A DNA stretch of 63,994 nt, counting the filler, from Candidatus Zhuqueibacterota bacterium (GTDB taxonomy: Bacteria; BS750m-G25): NCBI GenBank assembly GCA_016783505.1. It is 3 parts of 3 records of this genome, joined end to end, with 100 filler letters (N's around TTAATTAATTAA, not from the genome) between each part and the next. Parts side by side here need not be neighbours in the genome. Positions count along the whole stretch, not along the records: positions 1 to 23,676 come from JADHWK010000036.1; 2 more parts are not named here. One strand, given 5' to 3'. The notes under the pieces were generated by a model that saw only the letters and a program-made list of their open reading frames with translations, made no database searches and was not told the DNA's origin. This document shows positions 7,736-17,286 of the stretch, in pieces (the first letter of the stretch is position 1; each line of letters starts with the position of its first letter). The position numbers and the translations under genes were made by a program.

Positions 7736-10117
7736 CTATTTCCTGTTTTGTTCTTTCCTGTTCTTCATAAACCAGTCAATTGTGGCTCGCAATCCTTTCT
7801 CCAGGTCTGTCTTCGGTTCCCAATTCAGGATCTCTTTTGCCCGGCTAATGTCGGGTTGCCGAATTTTAGGATCGTCCTGGGGCAGGGGTCTGAAGATTAT
7901 TTTTTTCTCGTTTCCAACCCATACAGGTCTACGGACAATTTCGGTGATCTTTTCCGCCAGTTCCAGAATGTTCATTTCCTGGGGGTTTCCCAGATTAACA
8001 GGGTCATTCTCTTCAGACGTCAATAGCCGATAGATCCCGTCAACCAGATCATCCACATAGCAGAAGCTGCGGGTCTGGGAGCCATCCCCGAAGACGGTAA
8101 TGGGTTTATTGTCCAGGACTTGATTTATAAATGTGGGCACGGCACGGCCGTCATAGGCCCGCATTCGGGGTCCGTAGGTGTTTTTGGCACATACCCCATT
8201 ACCCGCCACAAAATTCTCTACCTCTGGGACAGAAAAATCATAGACTAACTTTGTACTCTTGCATTTATTTATAGATCTAATTTGAACCCAAACTAGATCA
8301 CCCATTGAGGTTGCATTTAGCGTTTGGTGGACACCTTTATCCCACTGAAGAATATCAAAATTCGAGAGTTGACAGATGGTTATCCGGTAGAAAGGAAAAC
8401 GCCGTTCACCATATCTCTGTCGGAAGGTAGTCTTATAACAACCAACTGATGCTATAATACCGAAACGTAAGAGAAGTAAAGTTAGATCGGTAGCCAATTT
8501 ATCGCTGACAGTATTAAAACATAATTCGTTTCCCATCTTAGCCCCGCTGTGGGTGCCATCTCCTTGGCGGTAGCCCTCTAAAAAATACTTAAGACGAGAG
8601 AGGGGTAATTGAAAAACCCAAGGTGGAATCTGCTTGGTTTTAGAGCTGTGGGCCAGCCCAAAAAGCCTTTTGAAAACTAAGCAAAGGAGTTTCGAGTGAG
8701 CATATATTGATGGGCTGCGGTTAAGCGAAGGTTTAATAAAGCCCACTTTAACTCCAAAAATAGCTTGCAAGATCCGCTGAGCACGCTTAAGATAATCTGT
8801 ATCAGAGCTTAATGTTAAGAAATGGGTACCATGTTCATCGGAAGAGTAAACTGTCCCCTCGGCGACAAATAAGCCCAACAGCCACAAGACATCCGGGGTG
8901 ATTTTAATTTCGTTGTGAATCCAAACCCTTGCTCCTGCTTTATACATGCGCAATTTCCCCTTTCTGGGTAAGGGAATATTTTGCAGCTTTTTGAACACAT
9001 ATAGAGGTAAGAAGCTACCGTGCAGATATTTTCGATAGGCACAACCTGCACTGTTGTTCTTGCGGACGCCATGAAAATGATCCGACTGCCGTAAAAGTCT
9101 TTCGATCTCCGCTCTGTAATTTGAAATTAAGGGTCCTAACTCTGGCAAAGTCAGTGCATACTCCCATAACTCCTTCTCTGGGGTATTTTTTATGAGATAT
9201 TCTGTTACATTAATGTACTTTAAATCCTTTTCAACCACGGGCAACTTGCTAGGGATGGCAATATAATCCCCTACTCTTAAATGACGTACTGGCTCAGCTT
9301 CAGGCTTTCCATCTCTGGTGCGCCGGAATAGGCTGTGATCCCCTGTCACCCTGATCTTTCGGCCATACCGGGTGGTAACTTCGTAAGCATCCTTGCTATT
9401 GCCGGGATGACTGAACAATGCGCTCGCCTCATGCAAAGAGATACGCCCAGTCTGCGGATCAAAGGCAGGCACCCGAACAGTGCGGGGGCGCCATATTTTG
9501 GGGTTGGCTACTTCCTTTGCGTACTCTTCCACTGATTTAAGGTGGCACTGTTCGTCATTGAAAACAATGATCGTCTCATCGGCCAGAATGCTGTTGAAGA
9601 TACGAGCGATCCTTGTATCCACCCCATGAGTGCGATGATAGGCTAGGGTAATGGCTTCGGCATACCGTTTGGATTCATCATAGACTCCCCTGGGGCCGGT
9701 GGGATTGACGTTGCCCCAATAATCCTCAGTTTGGGGATGTACCAGGGGGTCCCCGTAAATTTCTGATGTGGAGGCTAAAAGAAAACGGGCTTTCTTTTCC
9801 TTGGCCAGGCCCAACGCTTTGTGAGTCCCCAGTGCATTTACCTTTAACGTTTGAATAGGATATTCTAAATAATCAATCGGGCTGGCCGGCGAGGCGAAAT
9901 GGAGGATGTAGTCTACCTCTCCTGGAATGTAAATATATTCGGTTACATCGTGCTTGATAAACTTGAAGTTTTCGTTTTCAATCAAATGGGCGATGTGATC
10001 AATCTTACCGGTCAGCAGATTGTCCATGCCGATCACTTTGAACCCCTTCGATAACAAATAATCGCAGAGATGGGAACCCAAAAATCCAGCAGCTCCGGTA
10101 ATGAGGGCGGTTTTCAT
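7736..10117 (-). CDS. UDP-glucuronate decarboxylase (extended SDR, UDP-xylose synthase-like) containing an intein
   Basis: [65 protein letters not shown]; the exteins total 322 aa. Confidence 0.9.
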   Translation of the reverse strand: MKTALITGAAGFLGSHLCDYLLSKGFKVIGMDNLLTGKIDHIAHLIENENFKFIKHDVTEYIYIPGEVDYILHFASPASPIDYLEYPIQTLKVNALGTHKALGLAKEKKARFLLASTSEIYGDPLVHPQTEDYWGNVNPTGPRGVYDESKRYAEAITLAYHRTHGVDTRIARIFNSILADETIIVFNDEQCHLKSVEEYAKEVANPKIWRPRTVRVPAFDPQTGRISLHEASALFSHPGNSKDAYEVTTRYGRKIRVTGDHSLFRRTRDGKPEAEPVRHLRVGDYIAIPSKLPVVEKDLKYINVTEYLIKNTPEKELWEYALTLPELGPLISNYRAEIERLLRQSDHFHGVRKNNSAGCAYRKYLHGSFLPLYVFKKLQNIPLPRKGKLRMYKAGARVWIHNEIKITPDVLWLLGLFVAEGTVYSSDEHGTHFLTLSSDTDYLKRAQRILQAIFGVKVGFIKPSLNRSPSIYAHSKLLCLVFKRLFGLAHSSKTKQIPPWVFQLPLSRLKYFLEGYRQGDGTHSGAKMGNELCFNTVSDKLATDLTLLLLRFGIIASVGCYKTTFRQRYGERRFPFYRITICQLSNFDILQWDKGVHQTLNATSMGDLVWVQIRSINKCKSTKLVYDFSVPEVENFVAGNGVCAKNTYGPRMRAYDGRAVPTFINQVLDNKPITVFGDGSQTRSFCYVDDLVDGIYRLLTSEENDPVNLGNPQEMNILELAEKITEIVRRPVWVGNEKKIIFRPLPQDDPKIRQPDISRAKEILNWEPKTDLEKGLRATIDWFMKNRKEQNRK
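8180..9592 (-). mobile_element. Intein (471 aa) with LAGLIDADG homing endonuclease
   Basis: Starts SILADET; block [18 protein letters not shown] and [10 protein letters not shown]; block F VYDFSV...ENFVA; ends AKN with +1 Thr. Confidence 0.92.
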
Positions 10118-10363
10118 TAGTTCTTCCTTAGAAAATACGACCTAAAATTACGGAATTATTTTTAATATTTCAAGAAAAAAGTTACTCCGGTTTCGGAAAA
10201 TACCGTCGGAACGATCTTGGGAAATGACACTGAAACGATTGCTGATTGCTGCTGGAGCCTGGGTTTTAACAATTAGCAACCTGCCCGTCCCGAAGGTTCG
10301 GGACAGGCGGATTAACAATCAACAATTCAGTGGTTTTTCTCCACGGCGAACCTTCGGTCAGTG

Positions 10364-11470
10364 TTAAATCTTTGGATTTATGCTCATTATAACTTTGGCG
10401 ATTCTCTCCGCCGCTCTGCCTTCCCAAAACTCCGGGACCTTCCCCTTTTTTCCCCGGCCCGAAAGGATTTTTCGGGCTTCTCTCACAATATCTTCTCTAT
10501 TTACCCCTACCAACGTGTTCGTTCCCACCCTGATGGTAACCGGTCTTTCGGTATTCTTGCGAAGGGTCAGACAGGGAATTCCCATTACCGTGGTTTCCTC
10601 TTGCATTCCCCCAGAGTCGGTCATAACGAACCTGGAGTTGGCCTCTAACTTGATAAAATCCAGATAACCAAGGGGGTCGGTAATCTTTAGGTTTTTGGTC
10701 CGAGCCTGACTGATCCGGAATTTCCGGATCATCTTCTGGGTGCGGGGGTGGGCGGGGAAGATGATGGGAATTTCAGTTTGAATTTCCGCAAATGCATCCA
10801 GGAAATCCCCCAACTGCCCCTCCACATCCACATTGGCCGGCCGGTGCAGGGTGACCAGGGCGTATCCCTTGGGCTGTACCCCCAATTTTTCTAATATAGT
10901 GGATCTATCGGTCAGGGGCAGGTACTCCAGCAGTGAGTCAATCATGACGTTGCCTACCCGGTGGATTTGGTCGGGGGAATGGCCTTCCTTTAGTAAATTC
11001 TGGTCGGCGTCTTCACAGGTGGTAAAGAGCAGGTCGGATACGGTGTCAGTCACCAGCCGATTGATCTCTTCGGGCATCTCCCAATCGAAGCTTCGTAAAC
11101 CCGCCTCAATATGGGCGACCTTGATGTGGAGTTTAACCGCCGCTAGCGAGCAGGCTAGGGTCGAATTCACGTCCCCTACCACCAGCACCAAATCCGGTTT
11201 GTTTTCCCCATCTTTTAACAATGCCTCCTCATAAGCCATCATCACCTTGGCGGTCTGGACCCCATGAGTTCCGGATCCTACCCCCAGGTAAATATCTGGG
11301 TGGGGCAAATTCAGCTCTTGGAAGAATATCCGGGACATTTTATCATCGTAATGCTGTCCGGTATGAATGAGCCGGACCGAAAACCGCCCGGGCACCTTCT
11401 TCAATTCCCCGTAGACAGGGGCGGCCTTCATAAAGTTAGGTCGAGCACCGACAATTAGATCAATTCGCAT
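10364..11470 (-). CDS. wecB: Non-hydrolysing UDP-N-acetylglucosamine 2-epimerase family, copy 1
   Basis: VGARPNFMK, HTGQHYD, HIEAGLRS, PEEINR, TDSGGMQEE; start moved to ATG 11470 to match the paralog. Confidence 0.9.
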   Translation of the reverse strand: MRIDLIVGARPNFMKAAPVYGELKKVPGRFSVRLIHTGQHYDDKMSRIFFQELNLPHPDIYLGVGSGTHGVQTAKVMMAYEEALLKDGENKPDLVLVVGDVNSTLACSLAAVKLHIKVAHIEAGLRSFDWEMPEEINRLVTDTVSDLLFTTCEDADQNLLKEGHSPDQIHRVGNVMIDSLLEYLPLTDRSTILEKLGVQPKGYALVTLHRPANVDVEGQLGDFLDAFAEIQTEIPIIFPAHPRTQKMIRKFRISQARTKNLKITDPLGYLDFIKLEANSRFVMTDSGGMQEETTVMGIPCLTLRKNTERPVTIRVGTNTLVGVNREDIVREARKILSGRGKKGKVPEFWEGRAAERIAKVIMSINPKI

Positions 11471-11570
11471 GCTTCTATCATCCCAAATTCGGAAAACAAC
11501 GAATAATACTGAAATGATCGCTGATTGATGCTGGAGCCCAGGTTTTAACAATTGGCAATTAACAATCAAC

Positions 11571-11651
11571 AATATAAAGATTTATCGGCTATTTATCAAG
11601 ATTAATTTTAATCATTTTATTGTTGAAAAATTCATTTCATTCCCGTATATT
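11571..11651. promoter_or_regulatory. Back-to-back sigma70-type promoters between the two wecB genes
   Basis: Minus strand: TTGATA(11599-11594)-17-TATATT(11576-11571). Plus strand: TTGAAA(11623-11628)-17-TATATT(11646-11651), with the ATG at 11658. Confidence 0.6.
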
Positions 11652-11657
11652 TACTAT

Positions 11658-12863
11658 ATGAAGATTGACCTGGTTGTCGGGGCCCGGCCAAATTTTATGA
11701 AAGCGGCGCCGGTGGTTGAAGAACTGAGGGGGGATCCGGAATACTTTAGGGTCCGCCTGATACACACCGGACAGCACTACGACGTCCGGATGTCCCAGGT
11801 GTTCTTTCAGGACCTAAGCATGCCGGAGCCGGACATCTACCTGGGGGTGGGCTCGGGCACCCACGGGGTGCAGACGGCTAAGGTGATGATCGAATATGAG
11901 AAGGTTCTCCTTGGGGACAAACCCGACTTAGTGTTGGTCGTCGGGGATGTGAACTCCACCCTGGCCTGTTCCTTAGTCGCCGTGAAGCTCGGGGTCCGGG
12001 TGGGTCACATCGAGGCCGGGGTACGGAGCTTTGACTGGGAAATGCCGGAGGAAATTAACAGACTGGTGACGGATACCTTGTCGGAGTTTCTGTTTACCCC
12101 CACCGTGGATGCGGATCAGAACCTGCTGAAGGAAGGGCATTCCCCGGATCAGATCCACCGGGTAGGAAACGTGATGATCGATTCCCTCCTGAAACACCGG
12201 GAGAAGGCGGAGAAGTCCCCCATTCTGACCAAGATGGGTCTTGAACCTCAGGGGTATGTCCTGGTAACGCTGCACCGGCCCGCCAATGTGGACGCCCAGG
12301 AGCAGTTGAAAAAATTTATGGCAGCCTTTGCTGAGATTCAAGAGCGGATACCCATCGTCTTCCCCGTCCATCCCCGGACGCAGAAGATGATCCGGACTGC
12401 TCTGGGTGATCCTTCGGATCGGTCTGGCCCTGATAACCTTCAGAAAGGATCGCCCCTAACGGAGGGGACCATCAACCGCCTGAGAAATCTGAAGATGACG
12501 GATCCGGTAGGGTACCTTGATTTCATAAAACTGCAGGCCAACGCCCGGCTGGTGCTTACCGACTCCGGGGGGATTCAGGCGGAGACCACTGTGTTGAACG
12601 TCCCCTGTCTGACCTTAAGGAAAAACACGGAATGGCCTATCACCTTAGAGAGGGGTACGAATACCTTGGTGGGAGCGGAACCGGAAGGAATTGTTGGGGG
12701 GGTTCAGAAAATCCTGTCCCAGGAATTCCCCCCTGGCCGGGAAAAAGCGGGGGTGCCCGAACTCTGGGACGGAAAGACGGCCAAACGAATCGTAGGGATA
12801 CTTAAGAACTTAGCACTTCAGGGACAATTGTTTACCAACAGTATTCATCGGGGGAATTTTTGA
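11658..12863 (+). CDS. wecB: Non-hydrolysing UDP-N-acetylglucosamine 2-epimerase family, copy 2
   Basis: Same motifs as copy 1, plus about 20 extra aa after TQKMIR. Confidence 0.9.
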   Translation: MKIDLVVGARPNFMKAAPVVEELRGDPEYFRVRLIHTGQHYDVRMSQVFFQDLSMPEPDIYLGVGSGTHGVQTAKVMIEYEKVLLGDKPDLVLVVGDVNSTLACSLVAVKLGVRVGHIEAGVRSFDWEMPEEINRLVTDTLSEFLFTPTVDADQNLLKEGHSPDQIHRVGNVMIDSLLKHREKAEKSPILTKMGLEPQGYVLVTLHRPANVDAQEQLKKFMAAFAEIQERIPIVFPVHPRTQKMIRTALGDPSDRSGPDNLQKGSPLTEGTINRLRNLKMTDPVGYLDFIKLQANARLVLTDSGGIQAETTVLNVPCLTLRKNTEWPITLERGTNTLVGAEPEGIVGGVQKILSQEFPPGREKAGVPELWDGKTAKRIVGILKNLALQGQLFTNSIHRGNF

Positions 12864-13104
12864 GATATTCGGTTACGTCAAAGGGTTGCGGTTGCGAGGC
12901 TTGTTTCGTCTTTAGTGGAACGGTTGCGTTCAAGGTCTCAACACTTTATACCATTGACCTATTAATCTTTAACACGATAACCGAAAACCGTATGACGATA
13001 TCCCGAGGCTTCGGGACAACCGACAGACGTTATACGCAACCCATTAATTATGTTGAAATTAATTTTTAGAAATTTTGGGAAGTAAATTTAACTCAGGGGT
13101 TAAT

Positions 13105-14685
13105 ATGAAAGACATTGCAGTGGTTGGTGCCGGATATTGGGGTCAAAATCTGATTCGAAATTTTTACGAACTGGGGGTTTTAAAGACCGTATTTGATCAG
13201 AAAAAGGAGGCCTCCCTGAGTCAAAAAGAAAGGTTCCCGGGATTGAACCTAGCGGACAGTTGGGGACAGCTCTTATCCGATCCTGATATTATCGGGGTGG
13301 TGATTGCCACCCCGGCTGAGACCCATTATGAATTGGCCTCCGATTCCCTAAAGGCTGGCAAACACGTCTTTGTGGAAAAACCCTTAGCCTTATTCTCCCA
13401 TCAGGCAGGGGAGCTAATTCAAAAATCAAAAGAGGCCCAGAAGGTCTTGATGGTGGGTCATCTGTTGCTCTATCATCCGGCCGTTTTGAAGTTGAAGGAA
13501 TTAATCGCGGAAGGAAGGCTGGGGAAATTGGAATATATTTATTCTAATAGATTGAACCTGGGAAAGGTCCGTAAGGAGGAAAACATCCTGTGGAGCTTCG
13601 CCCCCCACGACATCTCTGTAATTCTGTTTTTATTGGAATCCGACCCCATTCTGGTTGAGGCCCTGGGGGGAACTTATCTGCAGCCCGGAATACAGGACGT
13701 TACCATGACGACGATGAAATTTCCCAACGGGGTAATGGCTCATATATATGTGAGTTGGCTGCACCCCTTCAAAGAACAGCGGTTGATGGTCATCGGGGAT
13801 AGAAGCATGGCGGTGTTTGAGGATTCCCTTCCCTCTGAGAAGCTGAGATTGTACGATCGCGGAATTGACTGGATCGGGGGGGAACCGGTGAAGCGTCTTA
13901 AGGAACCTGAAGTGATCCCTATCTCCCGCGAAGAGCCCCTCAAATTGGAATGCCAACATTTCCTGGATTGTATAAATAAAAATCAAAAACCCCGCACCGA
14001 CGGTGAAAACGGCCTTAAGGTACTTTCCATTCTAGAACAGGCTCAGCGGTCCATGGCCCAGAAAGAACGGATGGTTTTTCAGGCCCCATTCGTAGAACCC
14101 ACACAGGGAAAATACTTTGTTCATCCAACGGCGGTGGTGGATGAAAGCTGTGCCATCGGGGAGGGAACCAAGATCTGGCATTTTTCGCACATTCAGGGTG
14201 GCAGCCGCATCGGGTGGAACTGTTCCTTGGGTCAGAATGTGAACGTGGGCAACAACGTTACTATTGGAAATTACGTAAAAATTCAGAACAATGTGTCCGT
14301 GTATGAGGGGGTGGAGCTGGAAGATTACGTTTTTTGTGGTCCTTCGATGGTGTTTACCAATATCAAAAACCCCCGGAGCGAATTTCCCCAGAAGGGGTCC
14401 TACATTCGAACTTTGGTCAAACGGGGGACTTCCCTGGGGGCGAACGCTACCATCCTCTGCGGGATTACCATCGGCAAATATGCGTTTATCGGGGCCGGAG
14501 CCGTGGTCACCAAGGATGTGCCCGATTATGCCCTCCTTACCGGCAATCCGGCAAAAATAAGGGGGTGGATGTGTCGGTGTGGGACAAAATTACAATTACA
14601 ACGGAAAGAAGCTAACTGCTCAAGATGTGGTCGGCAGTTTCGGCTTAAGGATGGAAAAATAGCCCCGGTTTCTGGGGAAGAGTAA
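13105..14685 (+). CDS. Fusion of a Gfo/Idh/MocA oxidoreductase (WbpB-like) and a hexapeptide N-acetyltransferase (WbpD-like)
   Basis: GAGYWG, HVFVEKP, APHD in the N-part; [27 protein letters not shown] and a C-terminal CxC...CxxC in the C-part. Confidence 0.85.
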   Translation: MKDIAVVGAGYWGQNLIRNFYELGVLKTVFDQKKEASLSQKERFPGLNLADSWGQLLSDPDIIGVVIATPAETHYELASDSLKAGKHVFVEKPLALFSHQAGELIQKSKEAQKVLMVGHLLLYHPAVLKLKELIAEGRLGKLEYIYSNRLNLGKVRKEENILWSFAPHDISVILFLLESDPILVEALGGTYLQPGIQDVTMTTMKFPNGVMAHIYVSWLHPFKEQRLMVIGDRSMAVFEDSLPSEKLRLYDRGIDWIGGEPVKRLKEPEVIPISREEPLKLECQHFLDCINKNQKPRTDGENGLKVLSILEQAQRSMAQKERMVFQAPFVEPTQGKYFVHPTAVVDESCAIGEGTKIWHFSHIQGGSRIGWNCSLGQNVNVGNNVTIGNYVKIQNNVSVYEGVELEDYVFCGPSMVFTNIKNPRSEFPQKGSYIRTLVKRGTSLGANATILCGITIGKYAFIGAGAVVTKDVPDYALLTGNPAKIRGWMCRCGTKLQLQRKEANCSRCGRQFRLKDGKIAPVSGEE

Positions 14686-14748
14686 AGGAGGGACCGTCAC
14701 TGGGAGGGTTAGGTCGCTACGATAACAGGAGGGGAAAGGTTCATGGGG

Positions 14749-15288
14749 TTATTCAGGGATCGGCTTTAATAGTTTCTCATGATTAAAATTTATTAGGGTT
14801 TTGGCGAGGCAGTATTCGCCGAATTTGGTTACGATCTTTCCTTGACGATTATTGCTTAAGGATAAGAAATGATGGATAGCCGCGGCCGTGATATGGGCTC
14901 TTTTCAGGTTATTTTCCCCGCTAAAGTTTTCTAATCCATCAGCTAAATACTTGGGAACATAGAATTGAACAGGGATCCTTTTTTCTAATTTATTCCTTAT
15001 TGGGTAATAAATTTTTTTTGTTCTTAATGCCTTGGTTAAACTGATGTCACCGTATTTTACCAAGATTTTTTTCTGTCGGTTTTGATTAAGGGTCAAAAAG
15101 TGATGAAGTGTCGCGCCGACAAATTGATATGGTCTTCCCCCGTTATTCTTACAATATGATTCAAGATTAACTCTGAGGGATTTGGGGATGGTAATGCCTA
15201 TATGTCTATCCCTTTTCAATTTCACCTGAGAATACTTTTTTTCATTCTTCTTTGTGCCGAAAGGTCGGTATGTCTGTGTCATTTTCAA
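14749..15288 (-). CDS. Hypothetical protein with two internal ribbon-helix-helix-like repeats
   Basis: Repeat 1 IGITIPKSLRVNLESY...LHHFLTLNQNRQKKILVKYG; repeat 2 VQFYVPKYLADGLENF...IHHFLSLSNNRQGKIVTKFG. Confidence 0.55.
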   Translation of the reverse strand: MKMTQTYRPFGTKKNEKKYSQVKLKRDRHIGITIPKSLRVNLESYCKNNGGRPYQFVGATLHHFLTLNQNRQKKILVKYGDISLTKALRTKKIYYPIRNKLEKRIPVQFYVPKYLADGLENFSGENNLKRAHITAAAIHHFLSLSNNRQGKIVTKFGEYCLAKTLINFNHEKLLKPIPE

Positions 15289-15601
15289 TTTCCATTATGG
15301 ACTAACAATAATATAAAAATTTTTTGGGAAAAATCAAGTAAAAAAACGATCCCAAGGAATAAAAGTCAATATTTATGTAACAATATCGGTCAGGAGCCTG
15401 ACTGATGTCCGACTTAAAGATCGATTCTGCCAGAGCGAGACAAAAAGTGTTGTCAGATTAAAAGCTCAAAAGACTTGACTTTTCCTTCTAAATGTTGTAA
15501 ATTTACGATTAGAAAATGCAGAGATTTTATTTTCCAAATTTTCTCCATTTTTGGGTTATTCAGGCAGATATTTTTCACCAAATTATACCGTTTTTATAAC
15601 T

Positions 15602-15675
15602 GGCGGTGTAGCTCAGTTGGTTAGAGCAGCGGAATCATAATCCGCGTGTCCGGGGTTCGAGTCCCTGCACCGCTA
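15602..15675 (+). tRNA. tRNA-Met (CAT), elongator type; CCA not encoded
   Basis: GGCGGTG/CACCGCT acceptor stem, anticodon loop ATCATAA, GGTTCGAGTCC T-arm. Confidence 0.9.
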
Positions 15676-15753
15676 CTGTTTTTATGGATTCTGAATGATG
15701 AAACGGGTTGTTCAACGACCTTTCCAATGAAAGGTCATTTTTGTTTCTGAGGA

Positions 15754-17139
15754 GTGATGGATCTGGTAAGGGTTTTTGAAAAGGGGTTAAAAAGCAAAAA
15801 ATTGGTCGGTAGGGGGGACCATATCCTGCTGGCGGTATCCGGGGGCGTGGATTCGATGGTGTTGCTGGATTGTTTCCATCGGGTGGAAAAAAAATTCGGC
15901 CTGGCACTGGGGGTGGTCCATCTGAATCATGGGTTGCGGGGGGCAGAGTCAGACCAGGATGAGGAATTTGTCGCCCAACTGGTTAGGGAAAAGGGATATT
16001 CCATCTATGTCAAAAGGGTAGATGTTGGGGCTTATTGTCGGGAGAATAGGCTTTCCTGGCAAGATGGAGCCCATCGTTTGCGGCGGGCCTTTTTTATGGA
16101 GGTCCTCAGGAAAGAGGGGTACCACAAATTGGCCACCGGACACCATGCCGATGATCAGGCAGAGACGATCCTTATACATCTTTTAAAGGGGACAGGACTC
16201 CAGGGTTTGAAAGGGATGGCCTTTTGCGATCCCCCCCTTATCAGACCCCTGTTGGGCCTTTCCCGGGACGAGATCATTCGGTATGCGAATCAGAGAGGGC
16301 TGGTCTTTCGGGAAGACTCCAGCAACCGGGAGCGAAAATACCTTCGAAACCGCATTCGCTTGGATTTATTTCCCTTTCTGAAAAGCCAATTCAACCCCCA
16401 GGTTATCGAAGCGCTCAACCGCACGGCGATCGTTTTGAATGAATGTCAACAGCTGGTGGATCATTATGCCCGAAGAGCATGGGATAAGACCGTTCGATCG
16501 GTCAAAAAAGATGAAATAATTCTTGATAATAACAAATTTTTACATTATTTTAATATATTAAAGTTTCAGATTCTCACCCGGGCCTATATTCATGTTCACG
16601 GACAGCCGAATGGTCCCTCATTTTTACAATGCGAGGGAATTTTTAGATTGTCCGAACAGGGAGGAACGGGCCAGACCATTTCCCTGGGGGGTGGGGTCAG
16701 GGTGTTGAAGAATCGGGATGAATTGGTGGTGTTCAAAAAGAGCACCCCCTTTTTCCCCCAGGATGTGGTTATGGGGGAAAAAAAATCCTTTCTGGGGGGG
16801 AAATTCAGCTTTCTGGCGGAACCGGTAGCCAGAGGTGAAGTCCATTTTGATGGGAATCCCTGGGTGGAATATGTGGACGCTGATCGGGTCCACCCACCCC
16901 TCTGGCTCAGGGGTTGGCGCCCGGGGGACCGGTTTGTTCCCCTGGGGTTTAAGGTTTCCAAAAAGCTCTCCGACTTTTTTGTCAATTCCAAGGTGTCGCT
17001 AAGCCAAAAAGACCGCATTCCGCTGCTGGAAAGCCGGGGACGGATTGTATGGGTTTGCGGGCATAGGCTGAGTGAGGAGTTTAAAATTACCGAGGAGACC
17101 CAGAGGGTCTTACGGTTGAAACTGGAGATTAGAACTTAG
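15754..17139 (+). CDS. tilS: tRNA(Ile)-lysidine synthetase
   Basis: AVSGGVDS, HLNHGLRG, TGHHADDQAET, RNRIR, C-terminal TilS_C domain. Confidence 0.95.
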   Translation: MMDLVRVFEKGLKSKKLVGRGDHILLAVSGGVDSMVLLDCFHRVEKKFGLALGVVHLNHGLRGAESDQDEEFVAQLVREKGYSIYVKRVDVGAYCRENRLSWQDGAHRLRRAFFMEVLRKEGYHKLATGHHADDQAETILIHLLKGTGLQGLKGMAFCDPPLIRPLLGLSRDEIIRYANQRGLVFREDSSNRERKYLRNRIRLDLFPFLKSQFNPQVIEALNRTAIVLNECQQLVDHYARRAWDKTVRSVKKDEIILDNNKFLHYFNILKFQILTRAYIHVHGQPNGPSFLQCEGIFRLSEQGGTGQTISLGGGVRVLKNRDELVVFKKSTPFFPQDVVMGEKKSFLGGKFSFLAEPVARGEVHFDGNPWVEYVDADRVHPPLWLRGWRPGDRFVPLGFKVSKKLSDFFVNSKVSLSQKDRIPLLESRGRIVWVCGHRLSEEFKITEETQRVLRLKLEIRT

Positions 17140-17286
17140 CTACGAAGGTTCGGGACAACCGAAGGACGTTTTAGGCAACCTATCAGTCGTCAGGCGGTTG
17201 CCTGATGACCGATTCATTTTATCAAAGTCAATTCTTAGAAAATCCGATACGTTTATTTAAGTTTTTTGAGGAGGCGTTGATAAGAT

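Noticed and set aside
11471-11572. 34-aa N-terminal extension on wecB copy 1
   Set aside because: It runs through the duplicated non-coding leader; the paralog starts at the equivalent of ATG 11470.
15602-15675. CAT-anticodon tRNA directly upstream of tilS as the TilS substrate tRNA-Ile2
   Set aside because: The acceptor stem is GGCGG with C3-G70 and lacks the C4-G69/C5-G68 pairs typical of Ile2; it fits elongator tRNA-Met.
17140-17286. Absence of hpt between tilS and ftsH
   Set aside because: Common gene-order variation; no hpt remnant is visible, only repeats.
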